This document shows, piece after piece, positions 1-9,739 of a stretch of DNA of 64,000 bases. The notes beneath the pieces are model-generated. The model did not search any database. It was not told the DNA's origin and saw only the letters and a program-made list of their open reading frames with translations. The translations under genes and the position numbers were made by a program. Origin of the DNA: an uncultured Actinomycetes bacterium (GTDB lineage Bacteria; Actinomycetota; Thermoleophilia; UBA2241); assembly GCA_963725665.1 (NCBI GenBank), contig CAVRZA010000004.1, forward strand, positions 544,001 through 608,000. Reading direction: 5' to 3'. How positions within the stretch are numbered: position 1 is the stretch's first letter; every line of letters begins with the position of its first letter.

Positions 1-2
1 GC

Positions 3-743
3 GTGGTGAACCGGCCCGGCCTCCAGCTCGTCCTTCTCGACCTGCCGGGCTTCCAGCGGCCCTTCGACTCGCTCACACGGCGCATGCAGGCGACCGTGGA
101 CGCGGCCCTCGAGGAGGTCGACGCGGCCCTCGTTGTGCTCAACGCCGCCGAGCGCTTCGGCGGCGGCGACCGCTTCATCGCCAAGGCGGTGCGCACATCC
201 AACGCACCTGCGGTGACCGCGCTCAACAAGGTCGACCTGGTGGCAGCCGACCTTCTCGGCGAGCGCGTCGCGGCGGCCGAGGAGCTGACCGGCGGTGAGG
301 TCCTGCCGGTCAGCGCGCTGACCGGGGAGGGGCTGCAGCGGCTCGTCGCGGACCTCGCCGCCGCCATGCCCGAGGGCCCCGCCTACTTCCCCGAAGGCAC
401 ATCGACCGATCAGCCGGTCGAGCTGCTGGTCGCCGAGCTGATCCGCGAACAGGCCCTCGCTCTCACGCGCGAGGAGGTTCCGCATGCCGTCGCGGTCGAG
501 ATCGAATCCCTCGAGGAGCGCCGTGACCGTCCGCTGGTCGAGATCGAGGCGCGCTTGATCGTCGAGCACGAGTCGCAGAAGGGCATCCTGATCGGCAAAG
601 GTGGCGCCCTCGTGAAGCGCGTGGGCAGCCAGGCTCGCAAGGAGATCGAGGCGGTCCTGGGAACGCCGGTGTTTCTCAGCCTGCGCGTGAAGGTGCGGCG
701 CCGCTGGCGGCGCGACGAGTCCTACGTCGAGCGGCTCCTCTAG
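3..743 (+). CDS. era: GTPase Era (5'-truncated at window edge)
   Basis: DLPG (G3), NKVD (G4), VSA (G5); KH domain with EEVPHAVAV and SQKGILIGKGG. Confidence 0.95.
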   Translation: MVNRPGLQLVLLDLPGFQRPFDSLTRRMQATVDAALEEVDAALVVLNAAERFGGGDRFIAKAVRTSNAPAVTALNKVDLVAADLLGERVAAAEELTGGEVLPVSALTGEGLQRLVADLAAAMPEGPAYFPEGTSTDQPVELLVAELIREQALALTREEVPHAVAVEIESLEERRDRPLVEIEARLIVEHESQKGILIGKGGALVKRVGSQARKEIEAVLGTPVFLSLRVKVRRRWRRDESYVERLL

Positions 744-923
744 AAGGCAATCGGCGGGTCGCCGAGCCAGGCTACCCTTTCGTTCTTCGCTCACGACCGC
801 GCTGTGATACCCTTAGGACAGTCGGCAACGCGGCGCGCGCGGTCGGGGCGAACATGGCAGGGGGGTGCCGGATCGCGGCTGGAGCGCCGGTGCGAGCACT
901 CCGTGCTACGAAGGGGGCTGGGG

Positions 924-1625
924 GTGCATCCCGAAGAGCTTGCCAAGACGATAGACCACACGCTGCTGCGTCCCGACTCGACCGCGAAGGATGTCATGAA
1001 GCTGTGCCGCGAGGCGCGCCGCTTCCACTTCGCGACCGTGTGCGTCTTCCCGTACTTCGTGCCCCTCGCCGCCGATCTGCTGCGCGACTGCGACGTCAAG
1101 GTCTGCTCTGTGGTCTCCTTTCCCTACGGCTGCGACCGTACGCGAGCCAAGATCGCCGCCGCCGAGCAGGCCGTGAGCGAGGGCGCCGACGAGCTCGACG
1201 TCGTCATGAACCTGCCCGCCATGCTCTCGGGCGAGTTCGGGTACGTGCGCGACGAGCTGGCCAGCGTGATCCGGGCCGTGCGCATGAAGACCGTCAACTC
1301 GGGCAAGGGGCTTACGATCGTCAAAGTCATCATCGAGTGCTGCTACCTCAGCAACAAGATGAAGAAGCTGGCCTGTAAGATCGTCGACGACGCCGGCGCC
1401 GATTTCGCCAAGACCTCGACCGGCGTCGGGCCTGCGGGGGCCACCATCCCCGACGTGGAGCTCCTGCGCGACTGCCTCAGCGAGCACGTGGGCGTCAAGG
1501 CGTCGGGCGGCATCAGGAGCTATGAGATGGTCGAGCGCCTCATCAACGCCGGCGCGGCCCGCATCGGCACGAGCAGCGGCGTCGACATCATGCAGCAGCT
1601 CCTCGGCCGCGCCGGAGTGACCTAG
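924..1625 (+). CDS. deoC: Deoxyribose-phosphate aldolase
   Basis: IDHTLL, GADELDVV, VKVIIE, KTSTG, VKASGGIR, RIGTSS; GTG 924 after a G-rich RBS preferred over 804. Confidence 0.93.
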   Translation: MHPEELAKTIDHTLLRPDSTAKDVMKLCREARRFHFATVCVFPYFVPLAADLLRDCDVKVCSVVSFPYGCDRTRAKIAAAEQAVSEGADELDVVMNLPAMLSGEFGYVRDELASVIRAVRMKTVNSGKGLTIVKVIIECCYLSNKMKKLACKIVDDAGADFAKTSTGVGPAGATIPDVELLRDCLSEHVGVKASGGIRSYEMVERLINAGAARIGTSSGVDIMQQLLGRAGVT

Positions 1626-1722
1626 GGATCACGAGACCTTCCGCCGCAATGCGCCGTGACGGCGCTGACGGGAACCGCCGACGCCGTCGTGCCGACGCTC
1701 GCGTAGGTCTGCTACGAAGCGT

Positions 1723-3654
1723 GTGGTATCCTGCCACGTCGGGCACGGTCACGGCGCGGATGTGCGCGTGGTGCTTCGTCTCGTTTCGCCTGCAGGGCAG
1801 GCGAGACATAACTTGGGTGACCCTTCGTGCTTGCGCGGCCCGGGCTGCGCCCGTCGCACGAGTGCATGCGACAGGCGGTCAGGCCGAGATCTATGCGCGA
1901 GACTAAGGAGGCGTGACATCGAAGCAGTTCCCAGCGCGACGGCTCAACAGGGCCGGGCAAGGCGGCTTCTGTCGTCGGCCGCTCGCCTTGTGGGACATCT
2001 GCGACCGGCGCTCACCTGGTACGGTCTCGCGCTCGGTGGCATCCTCGCGTACGCGCTCTATCTGCGCCTGCACGGCATCACCTGGGGCCTGCCGTTCGCC
2101 TACCTCGATCCCGACGAGGCAGTGATCACTCGCGAGGCGTTCCGCATCGCCAGCGGTCACCCCAACCCCGAGTTCTTCCTCTACCCGTCGGGACTCTTCA
2201 ACCTGGTGGCCTTCGTGTACCTGGCGATGGCCCTCGTTTGGCATCCTGCTGCGGCATCGTCGTTCCTCTCGGAGGGGTCGTTCGTCGTCCATCCGGCTCC
2301 TTACCTGTTGGCCGCGCGGCTGTTGGTCGTCGCCTTCGGCGTGGCCTCGGTCTACCTCATGTACGTGCTCGGCACGAAGGCTTTCTCGCGGCCGGTCGGC
2401 CTGCTCGCGGCGCTGTTCCTGGCCGTGGTGCCGCTGCACGTGACGTACTCTCACTACGCCGTCACCGACGTCCCGGCGACGGCCATCTCGCTCCTCGCTC
2501 TGCTGCTCTTCGTGCGCGCGGCCAGGGAGAGGGCGCTGCGCTTGCTGAGCGCCGGGGCCTTCGTCGCCGGTGTCGCCACGTCGACCAAGTACAACTTCGG
2601 CATGCTGCTCGTCCCGGCTGCTGTCGCGGGCTGGTACGTGCTTGGCCCGCTCTGGAGTCGCGAAATGGGGCTGTGGGCGCTCGTGCGCCTCGCCGCCCGG
2701 CGCATCATCGCGCCGATGGCGGTCGCGTTCTTTCTCTTCACCCCGTTCGCGCTGCTCGACCCGATCCACTTCGCGCGCGACTTCTACAAGCAGAACGAGA
2801 TCGTGCGTCGCGGCTGGCTCGGCTTCGAGCATACGGGCAACGGCTACTGGTACAACGTGCACGTCAACCTGCCCTCGTCGCTTGGCGTGGTGCTCTTCGT
2901 GCTCTGCATCGGGGGGCTGGCCTGGTCGCTGTACCGGCGCCGGCGCGTCGATTTGGTGCTGGCCTCGTACGTCGTCGTCTACTATCTGTACGTGAGCGGC
3001 TGGGCGGCCCTGAACGACCGCTACCTGCTGCCCATCGTGCCGGTGCTCGTACTGCTGGCGGCGCGCCTCGCCGTCGGCCTTGCCCGCCTGCGCTTCGTGC
3101 GCCGGCGGCTCCTCGCGCCTGCGGTCGTCGGCCTGCTCATCGTGGCTTTCATGTTGCCGCTCTCGGCGTCGATCGCTTACGACCGCGCCCTCACCGGACC
3201 CGACGTGCGCTCTATCGCCAAGGCGTGGATCGAGACCCATGTCAGGGCGGGGAGCACGGTGGCGGTGGAACCCTACAGCCCACCCCTCGTGCCCCGCTCG
3301 AGCTTCCCCTTCTTCACTGCCGCGGGTCACAGTACGGCCTACTACCGGCTGGTGCGCCTGCCGCTGCCGCTCCCCGGCCGCAAGGACTGGCGGCACAACC
3401 TCTCCTTCCTGCGCCACCGCGACGTGCAGTACGTGATCGTGAGCTCCGAGGTGTACCGGCGCGTGCTGGCGGCGCCGCTCGTCTACCCGCGGCAGGTCGC
3501 CTTCTACGAGCGCCTCGCTCAGCAGGCCCGGCTGATCAAGCGCTTCGCGCCGGGGCCGGGCGAGCGCGGGCCGACGATCCTCGTCTACCGCCTCACAGCG
3601 GCGCGTGTCCTATCGCAGCGCGACGTAGCTCACCAGCCCGGGTGGGATGGGTAG
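1723..3654 (+). CDS. GT-C fold glycosyltransferase (ArnT/PMT-like), integral membrane; true start probably downstream
   Basis: DPDE motif after first TM helix, many TM helices, TKYN and RYLLP motifs. Confidence 0.8.
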   Translation: MVSCHVGHGHGADVRVVLRLVSPAGQARHNLGDPSCLRGPGCARRTSACDRRSGRDLCARLRRRDIEAVPSATAQQGRARRLLSSAARLVGHLRPALTWYGLALGGILAYALYLRLHGITWGLPFAYLDPDEAVITREAFRIASGHPNPEFFLYPSGLFNLVAFVYLAMALVWHPAAASSFLSEGSFVVHPAPYLLAARLLVVAFGVASVYLMYVLGTKAFSRPVGLLAALFLAVVPLHVTYSHYAVTDVPATAISLLALLLFVRAARERALRLLSAGAFVAGVATSTKYNFGMLLVPAAVAGWYVLGPLWSREMGLWALVRLAARRIIAPMAVAFFLFTPFALLDPIHFARDFYKQNEIVRRGWLGFEHTGNGYWYNVHVNLPSSLGVVLFVLCIGGLAWSLYRRRRVDLVLASYVVVYYLYVSGWAALNDRYLLPIVPVLVLLAARLAVGLARLRFVRRRLLAPAVVGLLIVAFMLPLSASIAYDRALTGPDVRSIAKAWIETHVRAGSTVAVEPYSPPLVPRSSFPFFTAAGHSTAYYRLVRLPLPLPGRKDWRHNLSFLRHRDVQYVIVSSEVYRRVLAAPLVYPRQVAFYERLAQQARLIKRFAPGPGERGPTILVYRLTAARVLSQRDVAHQPGWDG

Positions 3655-4614
3655 CCAGAAGTTGATCAGGCGGTAGGTCAGCACGACGGCCACCGCTTCC
3701 GATGAGTCGACCCCGAAGCTCACGAACATGGCGATCAGCAGACCCTCCACGGCGCCTAGGCCGCCCGGTGTCGGCGCCAGGGTGCCCACCGCGTAGCCGA
3801 CCACATAGGCGACGATCATCGCCGGGACGCTGGGCGGCGTCGTGAAGGCCCAGAAGACCAGGTAGAGGCAGAGGAGGTCGAAGAACCAGAAGCTGAGCGA
3901 GTAGATCACCGACATGCGTACCGAGCCGCGGTGCGTCGTCATGCGCCGCATACCCGCGAACAGGCTGTCGAGCCAGCCGTCGATGTGCTCGGGCTTGATG
4001 CGCTCGCTGCGCGTCATGCGGTTGATGAGGCGGGCGACTTGCGTGACTCGGCGGCGCATCTTGGCGCGGTGGTTGTAGAGGTAGAGTCCGTAGCCTGTCA
4101 GCCAGAGGAAGAAGCCGATCAGGATGAGGGCGGCGGTGTAGGCGAACGGGTTGAGCTTGCCGCTGCCCACGAGGTAGACCATGGAGAGCAAGAAGAGGAC
4201 CCACAGGACGATGTAGTTGAAGAAGTTCTGCGCGGCGATGGCGACGAACACCAGTCCGTGAGGGACGCCGTGCTTGCGCAGGGCGTTGTAGCTGACCACC
4301 CAGCCGGCCGCGCCGCCGGCAGAGAAGAGGTGGCTGGCGGCGAGGCCGGCGAGGACGATCTTGACCATCGTCCCCAGCGACAGACGGATGTCGAGGACGT
4401 GCAGGATGAAGCGGAACAGGTTGGCGTACCCCGTCAGGGCCACGCCCTCGATCACGACGGCGAACACGAGCAGTGCCCAGTTCGCCTGGCTGATCAGTTC
4501 GCCGGCCTTCTCCGCGCCGACAAGGCGCGGCAGAAGGAGGTAGAGGGCGACGACGATGAGGACGAAGATGAGCAGTCTACGCAGGACTTTTATCGGACAC
4601 CCTCCCGCTGTCAC
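3610..4614 (-). CDS. Lysylphosphatidylglycerol synthase TM / UPF0104 flippase-like protein
   Basis: TPGGLGAVE and YRLINFWLP motifs, multiple TM helices. Confidence 0.85.
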   Translation of the reverse strand: MTAGGCPIKVLRRLLIFVLIVVALYLLLPRLVGAEKAGELISQANWALLVFAVVIEGVALTGYANLFRFILHVLDIRLSLGTMVKIVLAGLAASHLFSAGGAAGWVVSYNALRKHGVPHGLVFVAIAAQNFFNYIVLWVLFLLSMVYLVGSGKLNPFAYTAALILIGFFLWLTGYGLYLYNHRAKMRRRVTQVARLINRMTRSERIKPEHIDGWLDSLFAGMRRMTTHRGSVRMSVIYSLSFWFFDLLCLYLVFWAFTTPPSVPAMIVAYVVGYAVGTLAPTPGGLGAVEGLLIAMFVSFGVDSSEAVAVVLTYRLINFWLPIPPGLVSYVALR

Positions 4615-4676
4615 CCCTGGTGCGACCGGCTGCCGAGAATATCATAGGGGGGCGGTAAGGCCGGCGAGGGGATGAG

Positions 4677-5348
4677 ATGGCGACGCGCGTGAAGGTCAGC
4701 GGTCTGACGCGGTCCGGCGACGTCGAGATCGCGATCGCGCTGGGCGCCTGGGCGCTGGGCTTCGCCGTGGCCGGCGAAGCCCAGCGCCCAGGCGCCCCCG
4801 TCCCGGCGCGGCCGCTGTCGGACCCGGAGCCCTTGAGCTCAGAGCAGGCGGCCGAGCTCGTAGCCGCTGCGCGTGCCCGCGACGCCGGTTTGCTCACCGT
4901 GGCTCGTGTACTGAGCGGCGACCCTTACGAGATCGTGCGTGCCGCGGCGGCGACCGGCGCGAGCGCCGTCGAAGTGGGCGTCGAGGTCGACGCGGCGGCG
5001 GTGCGCGCCGCGATGAGGGCCGGCAGCCTCTCGGCCGCGGCCCTCATCGCGGCGCGCGACGCGCCCGGGGCGGACGAGGCCGACTTCGTCGTCTTTTCCA
5101 GGAGACGGCCGGACGCGCCGGACGCGTCAGCGGCCGCCTGGGACCCCGTCACGAGACCGGCGTTCAAGCGCGTCATAGTGGCGGGCGACATCGACCCGCG
5201 AAACGCGGGTGAGGTGGTACGGCAGGTGCATCCCTTCGCGATCGACGTGGGCGACGCTGTGCGTGCTCGCCCGGGCACGCTCGACGCGGCCAGGCTGGGC
5301 GAGCTGATCAGCGCCGTGGCCGCTGCCGACGCTCAGGAGCCGTGGTGA
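4677..5348 (+). CDS. Phosphoribosylanthranilate isomerase-like (TrpF) protein, catalytic residues degenerate
   Basis: N-term TRVKVSGLT..GAWALGF and C-term IVAGDIDPRN..HPFAIDV..PGTLD match the TrpF layout; KICG Cys is Ser. Confidence 0.65.
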   Translation: MATRVKVSGLTRSGDVEIAIALGAWALGFAVAGEAQRPGAPVPARPLSDPEPLSSEQAAELVAAARARDAGLLTVARVLSGDPYEIVRAAAATGASAVEVGVEVDAAAVRAAMRAGSLSAAALIAARDAPGADEADFVVFSRRRPDAPDASAAAWDPVTRPAFKRVIVAGDIDPRNAGEVVRQVHPFAIDVGDAVRARPGTLDAARLGELISAVAAADAQEPW

Positions 5349-5403
5349 GCGGGGTCGTAGTGTCGCGGGGCTCCGTCTCTCGATCCGTCCTGCAACGTTT
5401 GCT

Positions 5404-6573
5404 TCAGTAGAGGAACATGGGCTTGCCCATCACCTCGCGCACCTTGGGCCTGTAGTTCTCGCTGTCATAGAGCGCGTCGATGTCGAGGTGGCGCTGCCGT
5501 CCGCTCACGGCGTCGAGCGGTATCGTCGTGTAGCTGCCGCCCTGCAGCGCCACCATCTCGCCGGAACGCCCCCGGGCGATCTCGTCGCAGGCTAGTATGC
5601 CGAACGCGCGGCCTACCATCTTGTCGAGCACGTCGGGCGGCCCGGAGCGGATGACGTAGCCGAGCTGCTGGAACATCATGTCGACGCCGGTCAGGCGCTT
5701 GATCTCCTTTGTCGTGGCGTCGCCGATGCCACCGAGCTTGCGATGGCCGAAGGCGTCGGCCTCACCTGATTCGGTGACGCCGCCGCCCTCGGGGACCGCC
5801 CCCTCCGAGATCGTCACGATGGCGTAGCGGGACGGGTTGCGCTCCCGGTCCTCGAGGAGCAGGCGGCTCAGCTTGCCGACATCGAAGGGCACCTCGGGGA
5901 TGATCGCCCGGTCGGCGTCGGCCAAGTAGGCGGCATAGAAGGAGGTCTCGCCCGAGTTGCGCCCGAAGAGCTCGACCACGCCGATGCGCTCGTGGGATCC
6001 GAGCGCCGTGCGGAAGTTGGTGATCAGGTCGACGGAGCGCGTCAAAGCGGTCGAGAAGCCGATGCAGTAGTCCGTGCCGTAGACGTCGTTGTCCATCGTC
6101 TTGGGCATGGCGACGACAGGCACGTTCTCGAGGTGAAGACGGCCGGCGAAGCTGAGCGTGTCGTCGCCGCCGATGGGGAGTAGGCCGTCGAGTCCGAGAG
6201 CATCGATGACGCGCACCGCGTGGCGGGTGCAGTCTACGGCACCGTCGTCCCGCTCCTGGCGATCCTCGTCGCGCACCACACCGGGGACCTTGTCGCGCTT
6301 CACTTTGCTCGGGTTCGTCCGCGAGGTGTGCAGAGCGGTACCGCCCGAGCGGTCGTAGGCGCGCACGCGGTCTGCGTCGAGGCGCACGGTCCACTTCTCG
6401 ACCGAGGCCCGGTCGTCGGGGTCCATCTCGAGCAGGCTCGCCCAGCCGCGACGCAAGCCGACTACCTCGACGCCATACTCGCGAGCGCGCATCGTTGCCG
6501 CCTTGATGGCCACGTTGAGTCCCGGCACGTCGCCGCCACCAGTCAGGATGCCGATCCGCCGCAAGTCCCCCAT
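5404..6573 (-). CDS. pfkA: 6-phosphofructokinase (PfkA family), probably PPi-dependent
   Basis: ILTGGGDVPGLN, GGDDT, PKTMDND, ELFGRNSG; RBS AGGAGAGG before ATG 6573. Confidence 0.9.
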   Translation of the reverse strand: MGDLRRIGILTGGGDVPGLNVAIKAATMRAREYGVEVVGLRRGWASLLEMDPDDRASVEKWTVRLDADRVRAYDRSGGTALHTSRTNPSKVKRDKVPGVVRDEDRQERDDGAVDCTRHAVRVIDALGLDGLLPIGGDDTLSFAGRLHLENVPVVAMPKTMDNDVYGTDYCIGFSTALTRSVDLITNFRTALGSHERIGVVELFGRNSGETSFYAAYLADADRAIIPEVPFDVGKLSRLLLEDRERNPSRYAIVTISEGAVPEGGGVTESGEADAFGHRKLGGIGDATTKEIKRLTGVDMMFQQLGYVIRSGPPDVLDKMVGRAFGILACDEIARGRSGEMVALQGGSYTTIPLDAVSGRQRHLDIDALYDSENYRPKVREVMGKPMFLY

Positions 6574-6725
6574 GCTGTCCTCTCCTTGAAGGTTGCGTGC
6601 TGACAGCCGTGAAGTCTGCCTGGTTTGACCCCGTATGTCACGCGTCGAGGCCTCGTACGCCGAAGGGTCCCGACCCCACTGTGCCGGCGCGTCGTCGGCC
6701 AGGGCGGGAGGCGCTCTTGCGGGCC

Positions 6726-7196
6726 CTAGTCCTCGGCGAAAGCGAGCGGCTCGAGCTCCTGGCGGCGCAGCCAGGCGAAGATGATCGCGCCCGGCAGGGC
6801 GGTGGGCGGGAACGCGATTACGGCGAGCCAGACGTAGGAGTGCAGCAGCGCGCTCAAGATCATGCCGTAGACCCAGGTGGCGAGAAAGCCGCCGGCGATG
6901 GCCGCGAGCCAAAGGACGGACACCAGCGCGGGCGGCACAATGCCGAGGGCGAAAACGACGACGAGCACGAGGGCGAGGACGAACGTGATCACGCCGGCGA
7001 GGAAGAGGGCGGAGAGGCGCTGCCAGTCGCGGAGGGCGCGAGCCTTGAGCGCGGCGCGGTGGCGACGCTCCTGCTCAGAGTCGTAGGAGCTCGCGCCGAG
7101 TGATGGGAAGAGGTCGGTCACGGTGGCAACCTCGGTCTGCGGGGACGACGGCGGGTACCCTCGTGAGATTCTCGGCGAACGAGATGGCGAAGACAA
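6726..7196 (-). CDS. Hypothetical membrane protein
   Basis: 3-4 hydrophobic segments; co-directional with neighbours; start uncertain. Confidence 0.6.
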   Translation of the reverse strand: MSSPSRSPRISRGYPPSSPQTEVATVTDLFPSLGASSYDSEQERRHRAALKARALRDWQRLSALFLAGVITFVLALVLVVVFALGIVPPALVSVLWLAAIAGGFLATWVYGMILSALLHSYVWLAVIAFPPTALPGAIIFAWLRRQELEPLAFAED

Positions 7197-7230
7197 CCGG
7201 CCGCCTCGTCACGGCGCGCTGTATCCCTGG

Positions 7231-8175
7231 TCAGGCCGCCTCGAGGCCTCCCGACATCAGGAAGCGCTCCACTGATGCGGCGACGGTCGAGCCCTCGGCA
7301 ACCGCCGTCGCGATCATCTTCACCTTGCCTTCGTAGCTCGCGAAATCGCCGGCAGCGAAGACGCCCGGCGACCTCGTCGTCATCGCCGAATCCACGACCA
7401 CGTGACTGTCGTCGAGCGGGATCTCCCACCCCTGGGCGCCGCGCAGGTCGGGCACCTGGCCGATGCTGACCAGCACCAGGTCTGCGGGCACCTCGACGCT
7501 CTGCTTGTCGTGGATCGACACGAGGACGTGCTCGAGGCGGTCGTCTCCGCCGAGGCCCACGACCTCGGCGCCCAGCAGCAGTCGCACGCCGGACGTGGCA
7601 AGCCGCTCCCGCGAGTGGCCGTATGCGCTCAGGGTGTCACTACGGTGGACCAGCGTTGTGCGCGCGATCTCCTGGAGCGACAGCGCCGTGTCCACGGCGC
7701 TGTCGCCGCCGCCCACGACGACGATGCGCGTCGCCTTGACTTGGTCGCGCGGCGGCAGGCGGTAGGTCAGGCCGCGGCCGAGGTAGCGCTGCTCGCACTC
7801 GAGGCCGAGCGTGCGCGGTGTGAAGCGGCCGAGACCCAGCGCCAGCACGACGGCGTCCGTCTCGATCTCCTCGTCGCCGGTGCGCACGGCGAACCGATGG
7901 TCACGGCGTCCGACGAAGTCGACGGGCTGCAGCTCGCGCAACTCGGCGCCGAAATGGACTGCTTGGTCGGCGAGGCGCCGGGCGAGGTCACGCGAGGCGA
8001 CCTCGGGCTGCGCGGGGAAGTTGTCGACCGGCTTGGTGGGGTAGAGGTTGACGAGCTGCCCACCGAACGTCTCGGCCTCGAGGAGAAGCGGCGCTAGGCC
8101 GCGCTGGCGGGCGTAGGTCGCGGTCGCAAGACCGGCGGGCCCTCCGCCGACGATGACGACGTCGAAGTGCGACAC
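7231..8175 (-). CDS. Thioredoxin-reductase-like ferredoxin/flavodoxin-NADP+ reductase (YumC-like)
   Basis: GGGPAG, GGQLVNLYPTK, GGGDSAVD, GVFAAGD..YEGKVKMIA; no CxxC. Confidence 0.85.
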   Translation of the reverse strand: MSHFDVVIVGGGPAGLATATYARQRGLAPLLLEAETFGGQLVNLYPTKPVDNFPAQPEVASRDLARRLADQAVHFGAELRELQPVDFVGRRDHRFAVRTGDEEIETDAVVLALGLGRFTPRTLGLECEQRYLGRGLTYRLPPRDQVKATRIVVVGGGDSAVDTALSLQEIARTTLVHRSDTLSAYGHSRERLATSGVRLLLGAEVVGLGGDDRLEHVLVSIHDKQSVEVPADLVLVSIGQVPDLRGAQGWEIPLDDSHVVVDSAMTTRSPGVFAAGDFASYEGKVKMIATAVAEGSTVAASVERFLMSGGLEAA

Positions 8176-8532
8176 GAGAGTCTCCCATATAGCGGAGTAA
8201 TTTTATCTTGTATTGTACCACGGATTACCCTTCTCGAGCCCTCTCGCGGACCCCACGCGGGCGAGTGCAGAGTACGCGCTGTGCAGGGAAACACGGGGGT
8301 GTACTCGATTCGGCCGGTTGTCTTTGAGAGGACCCCTGTGGTCTAGTACCCGGCGAGCCGAACACCAGAGCACTGCCCTTCCGTCTCGCCATACTCGTTT
8401 CCTTTTGTGGCACATGCGTCCGGCCGGCATGTCCGGATGCGGGTCGAGTGCGGGCACGAGGGGTCGTGCGGCCAGCGCCGCGAGGCACAGGTGCGACCGC
8501 TGCCTCGAGGCACACGCCGTCGAAAGGAAGCC

Positions 8533-9339
8533 GTGAGTAGATGGAGAGTGCTCCTCGTCACGACGATACTCTGCGCGGCGCTCGCTCTTCTAGCGAGTAG
8601 CCCCGCGCAGGCGAGCTCGACGCTCGCCAAGTTGCGCCACGCGCGGCATGACCTGCGTGCGGCGACGCTGCACTTGCGCCAGTACCGGGCCATGCTGCGG
8701 GCGATGCTCGCGGCACAGACCGCGGCGGACAGCGGATCGGGCAGCCAGACCACGACCGAGGCGACACCGTCGGCGGCGCCTGATGCGTCTCCCTCACCCG
8801 TCAGCGACCCCTCTGTGAGTGCGACCCCTGATCCCTCCGCGAGCGCGGCGCCGAGCCCCGACCCGTCGCCCACCATGAGCCCCTCGCCTGACCTCGGTGT
8901 CCCGGGCACGGTCGCGGCGCCGGGCGCGCCGCTCACGATCGACCAGCTGCGGGCGAAGATCGTGCGCGTGAAGGTGCGCGTGCATCGCCTGCGCCACACG
9001 GTGTTGCGCCTCGCGCATCGTCTCGCGGTCGAACGCGCCACGGCCAGGGGCTACTACGTGCCGCTGATCCGCGACGTCGCCCGCCGCAACGGGATCAGTG
9101 CCGCCGGGCTGTACGGGATGATGATCCTCGAGTCGGGTGGGCGGGAGACGGCCGTCGGCGGCGGCGGCGCCTACTTGGGGCTCTTCCAGTACAGCTGGAG
9201 AACCTGGCACGGCGCCTGGAACGGGTGGCGGACGAGCAGCGTCTTCAATCCCGCGGCGCAGATCAGGGCGACCGCGCGTGCCCTGCGTCTGGGCTACGGC
9301 CCGAGCATGTGGCCGAACACCTATTGGAGGGCCTTCTAG
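8533..9339 (+). CDS. Secreted protein with Pro/Ser linker and C-terminal lysozyme-like (SLT/Rpf-like) domain
   Basis: RBS AAAGGAAG before GTG 8533; signal peptide; PSxSP repeats; LESGG..YLGLFQY..TW. Confidence 0.75.
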   Translation: MSRWRVLLVTTILCAALALLASSPAQASSTLAKLRHARHDLRAATLHLRQYRAMLRAMLAAQTAADSGSGSQTTTEATPSAAPDASPSPVSDPSVSATPDPSASAAPSPDPSPTMSPSPDLGVPGTVAAPGAPLTIDQLRAKIVRVKVRVHRLRHTVLRLAHRLAVERATARGYYVPLIRDVARRNGISAAGLYGMMILESGGRETAVGGGGAYLGLFQYSWRTWHGAWNGWRTSSVFNPAAQIRATARALRLGYGPSMWPNTYWRAF

Positions 9340-9372
9340 GATTCTCACGGCCTGTCACCAGCAGCAGGAGTC

Positions 9373-9409
9373 GGGGCGGGCGGCGCTCTTGCAGAGGGCC
9401 GCCCGCCCC
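9373..9409. terminator. GC-rich hairpin between convergent gene and tRNA
   Basis: ggggcgggcggc / gccgcccgcccc 12-bp stem plus inner ctct/agag. Confidence 0.6.
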
Positions 9410-9511
9410 CATCGTTTCGGCGCTCGGAAAGGTCTGGTTGGCAATCAGCCGGCACAGCGCTGGGAGCGTGGCCGGTCTCTGGCGCGGGGAGAACGGCGAG
9501 CGGAGAAGGGG

Positions 9512-9598
9512 TGGTCGCCGGCCCGGGAATCGAACCCGGAAGCCCTCTCGGGCACGCGATTTTGAGTCGCGCGCGTCTACCAGTTCCGCCAGCCGGCG
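9512..9598 (-). tRNA. tRNA-Leu(CAA)
   Basis: Acceptor CGCCGGC/GCCGGCG-A-CCA; D-arm GCGGAACTGGTAGACGC; anticodon arm CGCGA-CTCAAAA-TCGCG; long variable arm; T-loop TTCGATT. Confidence 0.96.
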
Positions 9599-9608
9599 AT
9601 GGCGCATC

Positions 9609-9617
9609 ATTGTACCA
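9609..9617 (-). promoter_or_regulatory. Extended -10 promoter of tRNA-Leu
   Basis: Minus strand TGgTACAAT about 10 nt upstream of the tRNA. Confidence 0.6.
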
Positions 9618-9739
9618 GCCTCTCAGGCGTGGCGGCTGCCTTGCGCCGCGCCTCCCGGTCGAGCGGCGAACGTGCTCCTTCTCGTCGCTGTGTCGATGGT
9701 GGGGCAGGGAGAGCTCGTTCGCGGCGGGCGGCGGCTCGG

